Assembly (NCBI GenBank): GCA_965200965.1
Contig: OZ241744.1
Location: 1,760,001 to 1,824,000 of the forward strand
Origin: an uncultured Candidatus Binatia bacterium
GTDB lineage: Bacteria > Desulfobacterota > Binatia > Bin18
Reading direction: 5' to 3'
Length of the DNA: 64,000 nucleotides
Shown: piece by piece, positions 20,592-29,810 of the stretch
Layout: each line of letters begins with the position of its first letter
How positions within the stretch are numbered: the stretch's first letter is position 1
Notes under the pieces: model-generated
Told to the model about the DNA's origin: nothing
The model's input: only the letters and a program-made list of their open reading frames with translations
Database searches by the model: none
Program-made: the position numbers and the translations under genes

Positions 20592-20781
20592 GGTTAAACG
20601 CTTGGGGGCCTTTTTCGCCGGGGCGGACCTGAAACTCCACCTCGTCGCCCTCCCGCAAGTCCTCAAAATATATTTTGGGTACCAGACGGGAACTGTGGAA
20701 AAACACATCCTCATTGCCCTCATCGGGGGTGATAAAACCGAAGCCCTTCGCCTTGATGATCTTTTTGATTGTCCCGGTCAT
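20578..20781 (-). CDS. Cold-shock domain protein
   Basis: MTGTIK..KGFGFI (RNP1), DVFFH (RNP2) and GEKGPQA; GGAGG RBS. Confidence 0.92.
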   Translation of the reverse strand: MTGTIKKIIKAKGFGFITPDEGNEDVFFHSSRLVPKIYFEDLREGDEVEFQVRPGEKGPQAFNLKIR

Positions 20782-20879
20782 ACATCCTCCCTGTTCACAC
20801 TCCATCAAAGAACACCGCCCGGCCCGTGTCAAGCAAAGCGCGATCCGTGCTTCGGCGTGGTGCGTCTGGTGCCAGGGCG

Positions 20880-21584
20880 ATGAAGGCGTGTGTTGTGGCG
20901 GCCAGGAATGTCCACAAAACATTTGCCTGGACGCCAGTGCTGCGCGGCATTTCGTGTACGCTTGGGGCCGGACAGGCGCTCGCCATATTTGGTCCCAACG
21001 GTGCCGGCAAGACGACCTTGCTGCGGGTTCTGGCCAGCCTGATCACGCCCTCGTCGGGCAGCCTGCGCCTGTTCGCCCTGCCGGCCCACGACCCGCGCGT
21101 GCGCAGACGTATCGGCTTTCTGGGCCATGACAGCCTGCTCTACCCCGACCTGAGTCCCGCCGAAAACCTGCGCTTTTATGCCCACGCCTATCGTCTCGAC
21201 AACGCGCCGGCCCGCATCAGGGCCATGCTCAAGTACGTTGGCCTCCAAGACTGGGCCATCACCCCGATTCGGAGCCTGTCGCGCGGCATGGAACAACGCC
21301 TGGCCCTGGCCCGCGCCCTGTTGCACGAGCCGGACCTGCTGCTGCTTGACGAGCCCTACGCCGGCTTAGACCACGAGGCGGCACGGCTGTTCCACACCGC
21401 ACTGCTGGAGGCCAAACAGGCCGGAAAAACAATCGTGTTCAGCAGCCACGATTTTGAACGTGGTCTGGCCCTGTGCAGCCGCGTCCTGATTCTCAACCAG
21501 GGCCGCATCGTCTGGCAGTCCACGGCCGGCCCGCCTTCTGTCGCCGAACTGAGTGCCCGCTACACCGCTCTCACCCGCCAGTAG
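20880..21584 (+). CDS. ccmA: Heme ABC exporter ATP-binding protein
   Basis: GPNGAGKTT, LSRGMEQR and LLDEP; precedes ccmB and ccmC. Confidence 0.88.
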   Translation: MKACVVAARNVHKTFAWTPVLRGISCTLGAGQALAIFGPNGAGKTTLLRVLASLITPSSGSLRLFALPAHDPRVRRRIGFLGHDSLLYPDLSPAENLRFYAHAYRLDNAPARIRAMLKYVGLQDWAITPIRSLSRGMEQRLALARALLHEPDLLLLDEPYAGLDHEAARLFHTALLEAKQAGKTIVFSSHDFERGLALCSRVLILNQGRIVWQSTAGPPSVAELSARYTALTRQ

Positions 21585-21609
21585 GCGCATGGCAGCCGGG
21601 ACTGAGTGC

Positions 21610-22263
21610 ATGTGGGCGATTGTGTGGAAGGATATCCGGCTTGAACTACGGACCAAAGAGCGGCTGGCCTCGTTCTTTGTGCTGGCGATCCTGATCGTGC
21701 TGGCGTGGGTCTTCGCCCTCGGTCCAGAGCGGGTGCGCAATCCACAGGTCGGCGCGGCGGTGTTGTGGGTCGGTCTGCTGTTTGCCGGCATGTTGAGCCT
21801 GCGACAGACCTTTCTGATTGAACAGGAGCGGGGCTGTCTGTCCGGCCTGCTGCTGTGCCCGCTTGAGCCGAGCGACATCTTTGTGGCCAAGTTGATCGGC
21901 AACATCGTTTTTCTGTCACTGGTCGAGGTGATTGTCGTACCGCTCACCATCGTGTTCTGCGGCCTGCCGGTGTCGTGGTCTTTGCTCGGCCTGCCGCTTC
22001 TCATCCTGCTCGGCATCATTGGCTTTTCGGCCCTGGGGACGCTGTTCGCCGCCCTGGCCGTGCGCACCCGAGCCGGTGAGGTCCTCTTTCCCCTGGTAGT
22101 ATTGCCGCTCCTAGTCCCCCTGCTGCTGTCCGCGGTCCAAGCCACCGGCGCGCTGCTGAGCGGAGGAGACTGGACCGGGATGTGGCTGCGGGTCCTGGTC
22201 GCTTGCGATGTCGTCTTTGTGGTGGCCGGCTGGCTGCTGTTTGGTCAGACGGTGAAGGAGTGA
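21610..22263 (+). CDS. ccmB: Heme exporter protein B
   Basis: WKDIRLELR, hydrophobic, PLVVLPLLVP. Confidence 0.88.
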   Translation: MWAIVWKDIRLELRTKERLASFFVLAILIVLAWVFALGPERVRNPQVGAAVLWVGLLFAGMLSLRQTFLIEQERGCLSGLLLCPLEPSDIFVAKLIGNIVFLSLVEVIVVPLTIVFCGLPVSWSLLGLPLLILLGIIGFSALGTLFAALAVRTRAGEVLFPLVVLPLLVPLLLSAVQATGALLSGGDWTGMWLRVLVACDVVFVVAGWLLFGQTVKE

Positions 22264-22297
22264 ACGTCTCGCCTTCCTTTCGATCTGACGAAACGTT
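22263..22297 (-). repeat. Dispersed GNRA-hairpin element, copy E (at the ccmB stop)
   Basis: Minus strand reads AACGTTTCG-TCAGATC GAAA GGAAGG-CGAGACGTT. The plus strand begins AAGGAGTGAACGT, as copy C does. Confidence 0.75.
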
Positions 22298-22319
22298 TTC
22301 ATGAATGAGAGAAACCGAC

Positions 22320-23000
22320 ATGAAAAAACTCGCACCCTTTGCCGAGACTGTCCTGCCCTGGCTGAGTTGTGTGGCCATGCTGGCCGCCCTGGGCATGATT
22401 TTTGTATACGTCCCCACCGAGAGAAACCTGGGAGTCGTGCAACGCATTTTCTATTATCACCTGCCGGCAGCCTGGAATGCGTTTGCCGGCTTTGTCATCG
22501 TGGCCGGGGCAAGCGTCTCGTTTCTGTGGAAGGGCGAGCGCAGGGCCGACCTGCTCGCCCGGGCCGCGGCCGAGGTCGGCATGGTGTTTTGCACCCTGTT
22601 CATCGTCACCGGCTCGGTCTGGGCCAAAGCCAGCTGGGGCGTGTGGTGGACCTGGGACCCCCGGCTGACGATGACACTCGTCCTGTGGGTCGTGTATGCT
22701 GCCTATGTGCTGCTGCGCCAAGTTGGCGGCGACACCGAACACATCGCCCGTTACGCCGCGGTGCTGGGCCTCGTCGGGGTCGTGAACATCCCGCTGATCT
22801 ACATCTCCATCCGTCTGTGGCGGGGCATTCATCCCAGGGTCGAAAGCATGGCCCCGTCAATGGCCTGGACCCTGCTGGTGTGCAGCGGGGCTTTTGTGGT
22901 GTTGTTCGCCTGGCTCCTGTGGTTACGCCTGCGCAGCCTGCACCTGACCGCCGAGCTAGGGGCGTTGCGGCGTCAGGCGTGGCAGGTCTGGGAGAGGTAA
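22320..23000 (+). CDS. ccmC: Heme exporter protein C
   Basis: YYHLP, WWD motif WGVWWTWDPR and GIHP. Confidence 0.95.
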   Translation: MKKLAPFAETVLPWLSCVAMLAALGMIFVYVPTERNLGVVQRIFYYHLPAAWNAFAGFVIVAGASVSFLWKGERRADLLARAAAEVGMVFCTLFIVTGSVWAKASWGVWWTWDPRLTMTLVLWVVYAAYVLLRQVGGDTEHIARYAAVLGLVGVVNIPLIYISIRLWRGIHPRVESMAPSMAWTLLVCSGAFVVLFAWLLWLRLRSLHLTAELGALRRQAWQVWER

Positions 23001-23004
23001 GGCT

Positions 23005-23148
23005 ATGTGGTATCTGTTCGGCGCGTTCAGCGCCTTCTGGTTGATCGTGTTTGGCTACATGCTGTCGGTGTCCCGCAAGCAGGCCCGGCTGGCCCAAGAG
23101 CTGGAGACCCTGCGCAAGACCCTGGAGGACAGGGAGCCTCGCGGCTGA
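23005..23148 (+). CDS. ccmD: CcmD-like small membrane protein (47 aa, not in the ORF track)
   Basis: MWYLFGAFSAFWLIVFGYMLSVSRKQARLAQELETLRKTLEDREPRG; GAGG RBS; directly after ccmC. Confidence 0.8.
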   Translation: MWYLFGAFSAFWLIVFGYMLSVSRKQARLAQELETLRKTLEDREPRG

Positions 23149-23194
23149 TCCTCGCGCCTTGATCATTTCAACCACAGGTGATATTGGACCCGGA

Positions 23195-25804
23195 ATGCAG
23201 GAGAATATCCGAGAAGCATTGAACGCACTGGTTGCCAGTGGCGATCTCTCGCTCATTGAGCGGATTGAGCTACCGGCCCGTGAAGAACGGCGATTGCCAA
23301 TCCCAGAGGCTTTTCGACGCGGCGCGCCGGGCAACTTCCTGGCAACTGTTGAGACAACGGGCACGGGCCTGTGGCGACATCAATCTCTGGCGCTTGAACA
23401 TGTCGCAGCGGGGAAAAATGTCGTGGTGTCAACTGGAACAGCGTCGGGCAAATCGCTTGTCTTCCAGGCTGCCAGTTTACGCCTCCTCACTGAAGAGCCC
23501 GAGGCGAGGATTGTGGTCTTCTATCCACTCAAGGCGCTGGCCGCTGATCAGATGCGCTCATGGCAGCGGGCAATTGAGAAGACCGACTTAGCGGAAGGGA
23601 CGGTCGGGATGATCCACGGCGGGGTGCGGCCAGACGAGCGAGACAGAATTATAGATAGGGCGCGCATCGTTCTCATGACGCCGGATGTCTGCCACGCTTG
23701 GTTCATGCGTCAAGTCTCAACCAAAAGTATCCGCCGGTTCCTCTCTCATTTGCAACTCGTGGTGCTTGACGAAGCACACGTTCTTGAGGCCGTATTCGGC
23801 AGTAACGTTGCCTATCTTCTGCGACGTATGCAGGCTGCCCGCGCAATCGTTGTGCGGAACCGGAAGACGCTACCGCTGCAAATCATTGCGGCCAGCGCCA
23901 CGATTGCCAACCCCGGTGAGCACCTCACGTTGCTCACCGGGGTTCCCTTCGTTTTGGTGGACGAATCAGACAACGGTTCGTCCACTTATGAGCGTAGCCT
24001 GCTGCATATTTCCATGCCCGATGTCTCCTATAATGTCGTCAGCGATCTCCTGAGTTCGCTCCTCAAGACCTCAAATCAGGAGGGCAGCTTCATTGCGTTC
24101 GCTGATTCACGCCAGGGAGTTGAAAAAATTGTTGACCCTCTGGCCCATGACGGAGTGCGCCCCTATCGAGCTGGCTATGAAGAAAAGGACCGGGCGGATA
24201 TTGAGCGGGCGCTACAAAACGGCGAGCTTCTAGGGGTGGTGTCCACATCGGCACTTGAGCTCGGCATCAACATCCCGCATTTTTCTACGGGTTTGAACGT
24301 AGACGTACCGAATTCTCGGAAAGCGTTTCGTCAACGGGTTGGACGGATTGGACGATCGCAGCCGGGCGTATTCGCCGTGCTTGCGGCCCCGCAAGCCTTC
24401 CAGCGTCACGGCAGCACCTTCAGGGATTATTGGCAGGGGTCAGTCGAACCGTCACATTTATACCTCGAAAACCGCTTCATGCAGTTCATGCACGCGCGAT
24501 GCCTCTCTGATGAACTAGATGCCTTAGGAGTGCGGAAGACACGCCCACCCGCCAGCGTGACTTGGCCTGACGGCTTCTCCAAGGTCTACGATTTCGCTCG
24601 CCCGGGCGGCGCGCGGCCCCGAGAGTTTGATCCGATCGCTCAGATCGGAGGGAACGATCCACATCTGAATTACCCGCTCAGGAACGTTGGAGAAATCAGC
24701 TTTAAGCTACAGGGCGTACAGAGTATGCCTGGTGGTGACGGAATTGGCTCCATCACGCTGCCGCAGGCTATCCGCGAGGCATACCCCGGTGGGGTCTATC
24801 TTCATCTTGCGCGCCGCTATCGTGTCGTCGAGTGGAAGAACTCTGCTTTCGAACGTTTCATCCGGCTTGCTAAAACGAATGCCACCTATTCCCGCCCTCT
24901 GCTGCAAACATATGTGAATGCTGCCGTTGAGGACCGGGGCATTATCGCTGGGCATTACAAGAAATGTGAGGCGGGTTTCCTGTATGAGTGCGAGCTCCAA
25001 GTGACCGAACGTGTGATCGGGTACAGCCAGGGCAACACCAACCACCTCTACAAGGACCTTCGCCAGGAAAACCCCAGACTGACGGCAAAGACTCGTGATT
25101 TCCGAACCACCGGGGTCGTTCTGCGAATTGCTCAGCCTTGGGTTCGTGAGCAGGGGCTGAAGGTACAGATTGCGACCGCGCTCAAGGACGCAGTCCTCAG
25201 AGAGTACAGCGTCTCGCCACAGGACATTGACTGTGTAGCAACGCACATCGCATTGGTGCGGAGTGGCATGCGTGAAGCCATCAGCGATGCAATCGTCATC
25301 TACGACGGCACATACGGCAGCCTGCGACTGACGGAGCCTATTTTCACAGACCTTGGACGCCTGATTGAACGATTTGAACATGCGGCCGCGCTGACCGAAG
25401 ATGATCGAGACGCGCCTCTGCCAAAAGATGTCGTGAGAAACTTGAGGGAATGGTGGGAAGAATTGTCCGATACCGCCATCCCGTCTGTTGACGGCAATGT
25501 TATCCCAGATGGATTCATTCAGGTGCTGAAGCGCGGCAGTCGCGTTTCAATGCACGATGCAAAAGGCGTTCTTCACGACATCGAGATTCTTGCTCCAGAA
25601 ATGTTTGATCCTCAGTCCCTTGGTTATCAGGGGCCCATCACACTCGTTTATCAATACCGTCCCGACGGCTCTCCGTCGGGCAACAACTCCATGAAAGTCG
25701 CCTCCGACAAGGTAGTGCCTACAGGCGGCGAGTGGAGTTGGGTCTTGTGGTCGCCGACGACGGGAGAATTCAAGGAAGAATCCGAGGCAGACGATCAAAC
25801 CTGA
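23195..25804 (+). CDS. SF2 DEAD/DEAH helicase, Hrq1/MrfA(SftH)-like
   Basis: TGTASGKS, YPLKALA.DQ, DEAH, SAT, YRAGY, STSALELGI and QRVGRIGR; codon style differs from neighbours. Confidence 0.88.
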   Translation: MQENIREALNALVASGDLSLIERIELPAREERRLPIPEAFRRGAPGNFLATVETTGTGLWRHQSLALEHVAAGKNVVVSTGTASGKSLVFQAASLRLLTEEPEARIVVFYPLKALAADQMRSWQRAIEKTDLAEGTVGMIHGGVRPDERDRIIDRARIVLMTPDVCHAWFMRQVSTKSIRRFLSHLQLVVLDEAHVLEAVFGSNVAYLLRRMQAARAIVVRNRKTLPLQIIAASATIANPGEHLTLLTGVPFVLVDESDNGSSTYERSLLHISMPDVSYNVVSDLLSSLLKTSNQEGSFIAFADSRQGVEKIVDPLAHDGVRPYRAGYEEKDRADIERALQNGELLGVVSTSALELGINIPHFSTGLNVDVPNSRKAFRQRVGRIGRSQPGVFAVLAAPQAFQRHGSTFRDYWQGSVEPSHLYLENRFMQFMHARCLSDELDALGVRKTRPPASVTWPDGFSKVYDFARPGGARPREFDPIAQIGGNDPHLNYPLRNVGEISFKLQGVQSMPGGDGIGSITLPQAIREAYPGGVYLHLARRYRVVEWKNSAFERFIRLAKTNATYSRPLLQTYVNAAVEDRGIIAGHYKKCEAGFLYECELQVTERVIGYSQGNTNHLYKDLRQENPRLTAKTRDFRTTGVVLRIAQPWVREQGLKVQIATALKDAVLREYSVSPQDIDCVATHIALVRSGMREAISDAIVIYDGTYGSLRLTEPIFTDLGRLIERFEHAAALTEDDRDAPLPKDVVRNLREWWEELSDTAIPSVDGNVIPDGFIQVLKRGSRVSMHDAKGVLHDIEILAPEMFDPQSLGYQGPITLVYQYRPDGSPSGNNSMKVASDKVVPTGGEWSWVLWSPTTGEFKEESEADDQT

Positions 25805-26039
25805 CGGAACGAAATTTCAGAAAAGCGTCATATCCATGTTGAAGAGCACCCGTTCGGCGTAGCGGATGGTAATGCACTGCCGCCGTAACAGAATCATCCA
25901 GGGAAAGCGCCTGCCAGCCAACAAGTCGGCGGATTTCCCCCTTTCCGGTCTGGAGGCGCTCGCAATAATGGATTTCCGTACAGACTCATAGATTTGATCT
26001 GGGGGAATTTTCATGCGGCTTTCGTGAACCGGGACGGCG

Positions 26040-27404
26040 CTATGTGCCTGCCAGCTCGTGCCGCGCCTCCTCTACTATCCCTTCAACAAGGGCGCGATAC
26101 TCGCTTAGCCTGGCCTTGGTCGTGGCCTCAAAGCGCAGGACCAGAACCGGCTGGGTGTTGGACGCCCGGACCAAGCCCCAGCCGTGGTCAAATGTGACCC
26201 GCACGCCGTCAATATCCGTGATGGTATGGCTGGCGCGCAAACGCTGACAGACCCTGGCGGCAAGGGCGAACTTCAGCTCATCCGGGCAGGCCAGCCGGAT
26301 TTCGGGCGTGTTCACACGCGAGGGCAGCTCGGCCAGCAGTCGCTCCAGGCTGGATTTGCTCAGCAGTTCCAGCAGCCGGCACGATGCATAGATCGCGTCG
26401 TCATAGCCGAAATAGCGGTCGGCAAAAAACAGGTGGCCGCTCAGTTCCCCACCCAGCAGCGCCCCGGTCTGACGCATCTTGGCTTTGAGCAGGGCATGGC
26501 CGGCCTTCCACATCACGGGCCGTCCGCCCCGGGCCGCCACCTCGTCAAACAGGGCTTGGGAGCACTTGACCTCAGACACAATCACCGCTCCGGGGTGGCT
26601 GGCCAGAATGTCACGGGCGAACAGGATCAGCAGCTCGTCGCCCCAGATAATGCGCCCGGTCGGCCCGACCACGCCCAGGCGGTCGGCGTCCCCGTCGTAG
26701 GCCAGGCCGACCTCAGCCCCAGCCTCTTTGACCGCGCCGATCAACTGGGCCAGGTTTTCGGGCACAGTCGGGTCAGGGTGATGGTTGGGAAAATGGCCGT
26801 CCAGCTCACAAAACAACTCTGTCACCCGACAGCCCAGGTCCCGCAGGATCGGCGGCACAAGCGGTCCGGCGGTTGCATTGCCGGCGTCAACCACGACCGA
26901 CACCTCGCGTTCCAGACGCCCAAACTGCCGGCTTAGAAACGCCTGGTAGGGCCTGATGATCGCGGTCGGGACCTGTCGCCCCCGGCCCGAAAGGTGCGCG
27001 CGATCAATCAAAGACCGCAAGTGCTGGATATCCGGGCCGTGCAGCGTGGTCTTGCCGAGACAGATTTTGAAGCCGTTGTGGTCGGCCGGGTTATGGCTGC
27101 CGGTGACCTGAATCCCTCCGTCCAGATCGTAATGGTGCAGCGAGAAATACAGCAGCGGGGTCGGACACACCCCGATATCCAACACCTCAAGCCCGGTTGC
27201 GCACAGGCCGTCCCGCAGGGCCGCGGCATAGGGCTCGGAGCTGAGCCGACAGTCCCGGCCAACCGCAACCCGCGACTTACCCTGCCGCACGAGGAGGCTG
27301 CCATAGGCCCGGCCGAGCACAAACGCAAAGTCGGCGTCAAAGTCCTGCTCAGCTACGCCCCGAATATCGTACTCGCGGAAAATAGCCGGGTTGACAGGCT
27401 TCAT
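26040..27404 (-). CDS. Phosphomannomutase/phosphoglucomutase
   Basis: FREYDIRG, TGSHNP, YDGDADR, GELSGH and RASNTQP. Confidence 0.95.
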   Translation of the reverse strand: MKPVNPAIFREYDIRGVAEQDFDADFAFVLGRAYGSLLVRQGKSRVAVGRDCRLSSEPYAAALRDGLCATGLEVLDIGVCPTPLLYFSLHHYDLDGGIQVTGSHNPADHNGFKICLGKTTLHGPDIQHLRSLIDRAHLSGRGRQVPTAIIRPYQAFLSRQFGRLEREVSVVVDAGNATAGPLVPPILRDLGCRVTELFCELDGHFPNHHPDPTVPENLAQLIGAVKEAGAEVGLAYDGDADRLGVVGPTGRIIWGDELLILFARDILASHPGAVIVSEVKCSQALFDEVAARGGRPVMWKAGHALLKAKMRQTGALLGGELSGHLFFADRYFGYDDAIYASCRLLELLSKSSLERLLAELPSRVNTPEIRLACPDELKFALAARVCQRLRASHTITDIDGVRVTFDHGWGLVRASNTQPVLVLRFEATTKARLSEYRALVEGIVEEARHELAGT

Positions 27405-28405
27405 AGCGTCTCCGTCGGTCCGATCATGCGGCCGGCCAGCCGCAGGGCGGCCTGCATACTGCGTGGGTCGGCCGTGCCGCGCCCGGCAATATCAAAGGCG
27501 GTACCGTGGTCGGGCGAGGTGCGGACGATCGGCAGGCCGATGGTGACGTTCACCCCGTCGGTCCACGACAGCAGTTTGAGCGGGATCAGACCCTGATCGT
27601 GGTAGAGACAGATCACGGCGTCAAACTCGCCGCCGGCCGCCCGGACAAATACCGAATCGGCCGGCAGGGGACCGACCACCACCAGACCCAGCTCGCCGGC
27701 GTGGCGAACCGCGGGGCGTATCAGACGGTCTTCCTCGTCACCAAACAGGCCACCCTCGCCGGCGTGGGGGTTCAGCCCGGCCACCGCCAGGCGCGGCTGA
27801 TTCAGGCCGTGAAAGCGGGCCAAGTGGCGGGCGGTGAGGACCAGCGTACTCAGAATGCGGCGGCTGGACAGGGCGGCAACCACCTGCATGAACGGAATAT
27901 GGGTCGTGACCAGCACAACCCGCAGACGGCTGCCGACCAGCATCATGCGCACATCCGGGCTGTGGGTGAGGCTGGCCAGGAGTTCGGTATGGCCGGGATA
28001 GTCGCGCTTGGCCGCCCGCCACATGACCTTGCTGATCGGGGCTGTCACCAGCGCCTCAATGGCTTTGTCGCGTGCCAGGCGCACCCCGGCCTCAACATAG
28101 CGATACGATGCCTCGCCGCCGGCCACGGTCGGTCGGCCGGGAACTCGCTGCTGGGCCGGGAGCTGGGAGAAGGGGATGACTGGCAACACGCCGGGGTCTG
28201 GGGGATATGGTTGGGCCGCCACCCAAGGGAGCACGCTGAGCGGCAGGCCAAGGCGGCGGGCGGTTTCTGCCAGAACGACCGGATCGCCTAAGACGACAAG
28301 ACGCGGCCCGGGGGTCTGGGCCGACTTGAGCACAATCTCAGGCCCGATCCCGGCCGGGTCGCCCATGGTGACGCCGATGAGCCGCGGGGCGGATTGTCCG
28401 TGCAT
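27401..28405 (-). CDS. pdxA: 4-hydroxythreonine-4-phosphate dehydrogenase
   Basis: MGDPAGIGPE, GHTE, LNPHAGE, YHDQG and RTSPDHGTAFDIAG. Confidence 0.96.
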   Translation of the reverse strand: MHGQSAPRLIGVTMGDPAGIGPEIVLKSAQTPGPRLVVLGDPVVLAETARRLGLPLSVLPWVAAQPYPPDPGVLPVIPFSQLPAQQRVPGRPTVAGGEASYRYVEAGVRLARDKAIEALVTAPISKVMWRAAKRDYPGHTELLASLTHSPDVRMMLVGSRLRVVLVTTHIPFMQVVAALSSRRILSTLVLTARHLARFHGLNQPRLAVAGLNPHAGEGGLFGDEEDRLIRPAVRHAGELGLVVVGPLPADSVFVRAAGGEFDAVICLYHDQGLIPLKLLSWTDGVNVTIGLPIVRTSPDHGTAFDIAGRGTADPRSMQAALRLAGRMIGPTETL

Positions 28406-28512
28406 GCGCTCAAGCCTCGCGCCCGGAGAGACAAAGCACCAAAACCACGGCAGACTCAAGTCTCCGTCTGCTCCCCCGCCAGCGTGTTCAGCCGGGTCGG
28501 CGCGGCCAGAGC

Positions 28513-29748
28513 TTATTCAGCCTCCTCGTCTCTGTCCTCCTCATCCGCAAACAGACGGCTGAAGAAGCCCTCTTCTTGGGGCTGCTGGTCCTGGTCACCA
28601 AGCGCAGCGAGTTCGTCGTCCTCTTCCTCATCCGCAAACAGACGGCTGAAGAAGCCTCGTGCTGGGGGCTGGTCCTGGCCGGCGGGCGCGTTCGGCTCGG
28701 CCATGTCCTGACCCTCGGCGTAGTCGGCCGCTTCGTCCAGGGGATCTTCCTCGGCCCCTTGGGCGCGCTGCGCACCCGTGTAGGGCGCGCCTTCCGGGTC
28801 GGTGAGAAAATCCTCAATATGATGACGGAAGCGCAGCTCGTCCTGGAACCAGCGTCGATAGCGCTTGCTCAACTCTGTATTGTAGAGCTGGGAGCGGATC
28901 CCTTCCTGGACCTCGGCGAGAGGCTTCACCCCGGCGATATCGCGTTCTTCGACCTTGATCAGATGGACCCCGGTTGAAGTCTCAAAAGGCGGGCTTATCT
29001 CCCCCTCTGGGATCGAAAAGGCCATCTCTTCAATGGCGGGGTCCATCTGGCCGCGCTCAAAAAATCCGAGATCGCCGCCCTGGTCCGCGCCCGGCCCAAG
29101 AGAGTAGGTCAAGGCCAGGGTCGCAAAGTCCTCGCCCCGGTTTGCCCGGTCGTGCAGCGTCTCGAGCAAGGTTGTCATTTTCAGCATCTCGCCCGGGTCG
29201 GCACCGGGCGACACAGGCAGGAAAATATGCCGAATACGGACTTGGTCGGGGATGGCGTAGTCGTCCTGGTGGGCCTGGTAATAACGCTGGACAGCCTCGT
29301 TGGTAATACTGATCCGGGAGCTGACCTCTTTATTCATCAACAGCGCCTGCTCAATTTCCTGGGCGATCTGTTTGCGGTACTGCTCTATGGTCAAGCCTTG
29401 ATCGGCCAGGGCCGCGGCGAGCTGTTCATCGTCGAGTTCACCCTGGCTCTTAATCCGTTCGATATAGCTATCGACATCCTCGGCGGTGGCCTTCAGGCCC
29501 TGCGCATCAACCTCATTCTCGATCATTTTGTTCATGAGCAGAGCGTCAAGAAAGTCGCGCCGGGTCATGTCGGCCGCCCCCTGGGGATACATCATGGCCG
29601 CCCGGTTGTTCATCTGGCTACCGAAGGTATCGAGTTCCCGGAGCGTGATCGGCTGCCCGTCAACGGTGGCGACAATACGGTTGAGGGTTTCGGCCTGAGC
29701 GACCGTTGCCATAGCCAGGACGGCAAACACCAAAGCGAGACTCTTCAT
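28513..29748 (-). CDS. surA: SurA-family peptidyl-prolyl isomerase/chaperone
   Basis: Signal peptide, RIVATVDGQPIT, parvulin motif GGDLGFF..GVHLIKV; lies between mfd and pdxA. Confidence 0.85.
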   Translation of the reverse strand: MKSLALVFAVLAMATVAQAETLNRIVATVDGQPITLRELDTFGSQMNNRAAMMYPQGAADMTRRDFLDALLMNKMIENEVDAQGLKATAEDVDSYIERIKSQGELDDEQLAAALADQGLTIEQYRKQIAQEIEQALLMNKEVSSRISITNEAVQRYYQAHQDDYAIPDQVRIRHIFLPVSPGADPGEMLKMTTLLETLHDRANRGEDFATLALTYSLGPGADQGGDLGFFERGQMDPAIEEMAFSIPEGEISPPFETSTGVHLIKVEERDIAGVKPLAEVQEGIRSQLYNTELSKRYRRWFQDELRFRHHIEDFLTDPEGAPYTGAQRAQGAEEDPLDEAADYAEGQDMAEPNAPAGQDQPPARGFFSRLFADEEEDDELAALGDQDQQPQEEGFFSRLFADEEDRDEEAE

Positions 29749-29810
29749 GCTTGTCTCCCACAGGAGAGCGCTCAGCGTTCTCCTTGACTGGGGGGCCTGC
29801 GGCTTGCAGG

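Noticed and set aside
29762-29784. Small hairpin AGGAGAGCGC-TCA-GCGTTCTCCT as another element copy
   Set aside because: The arm resembles the family but the GNRA head is missing, so it is too short to assign.
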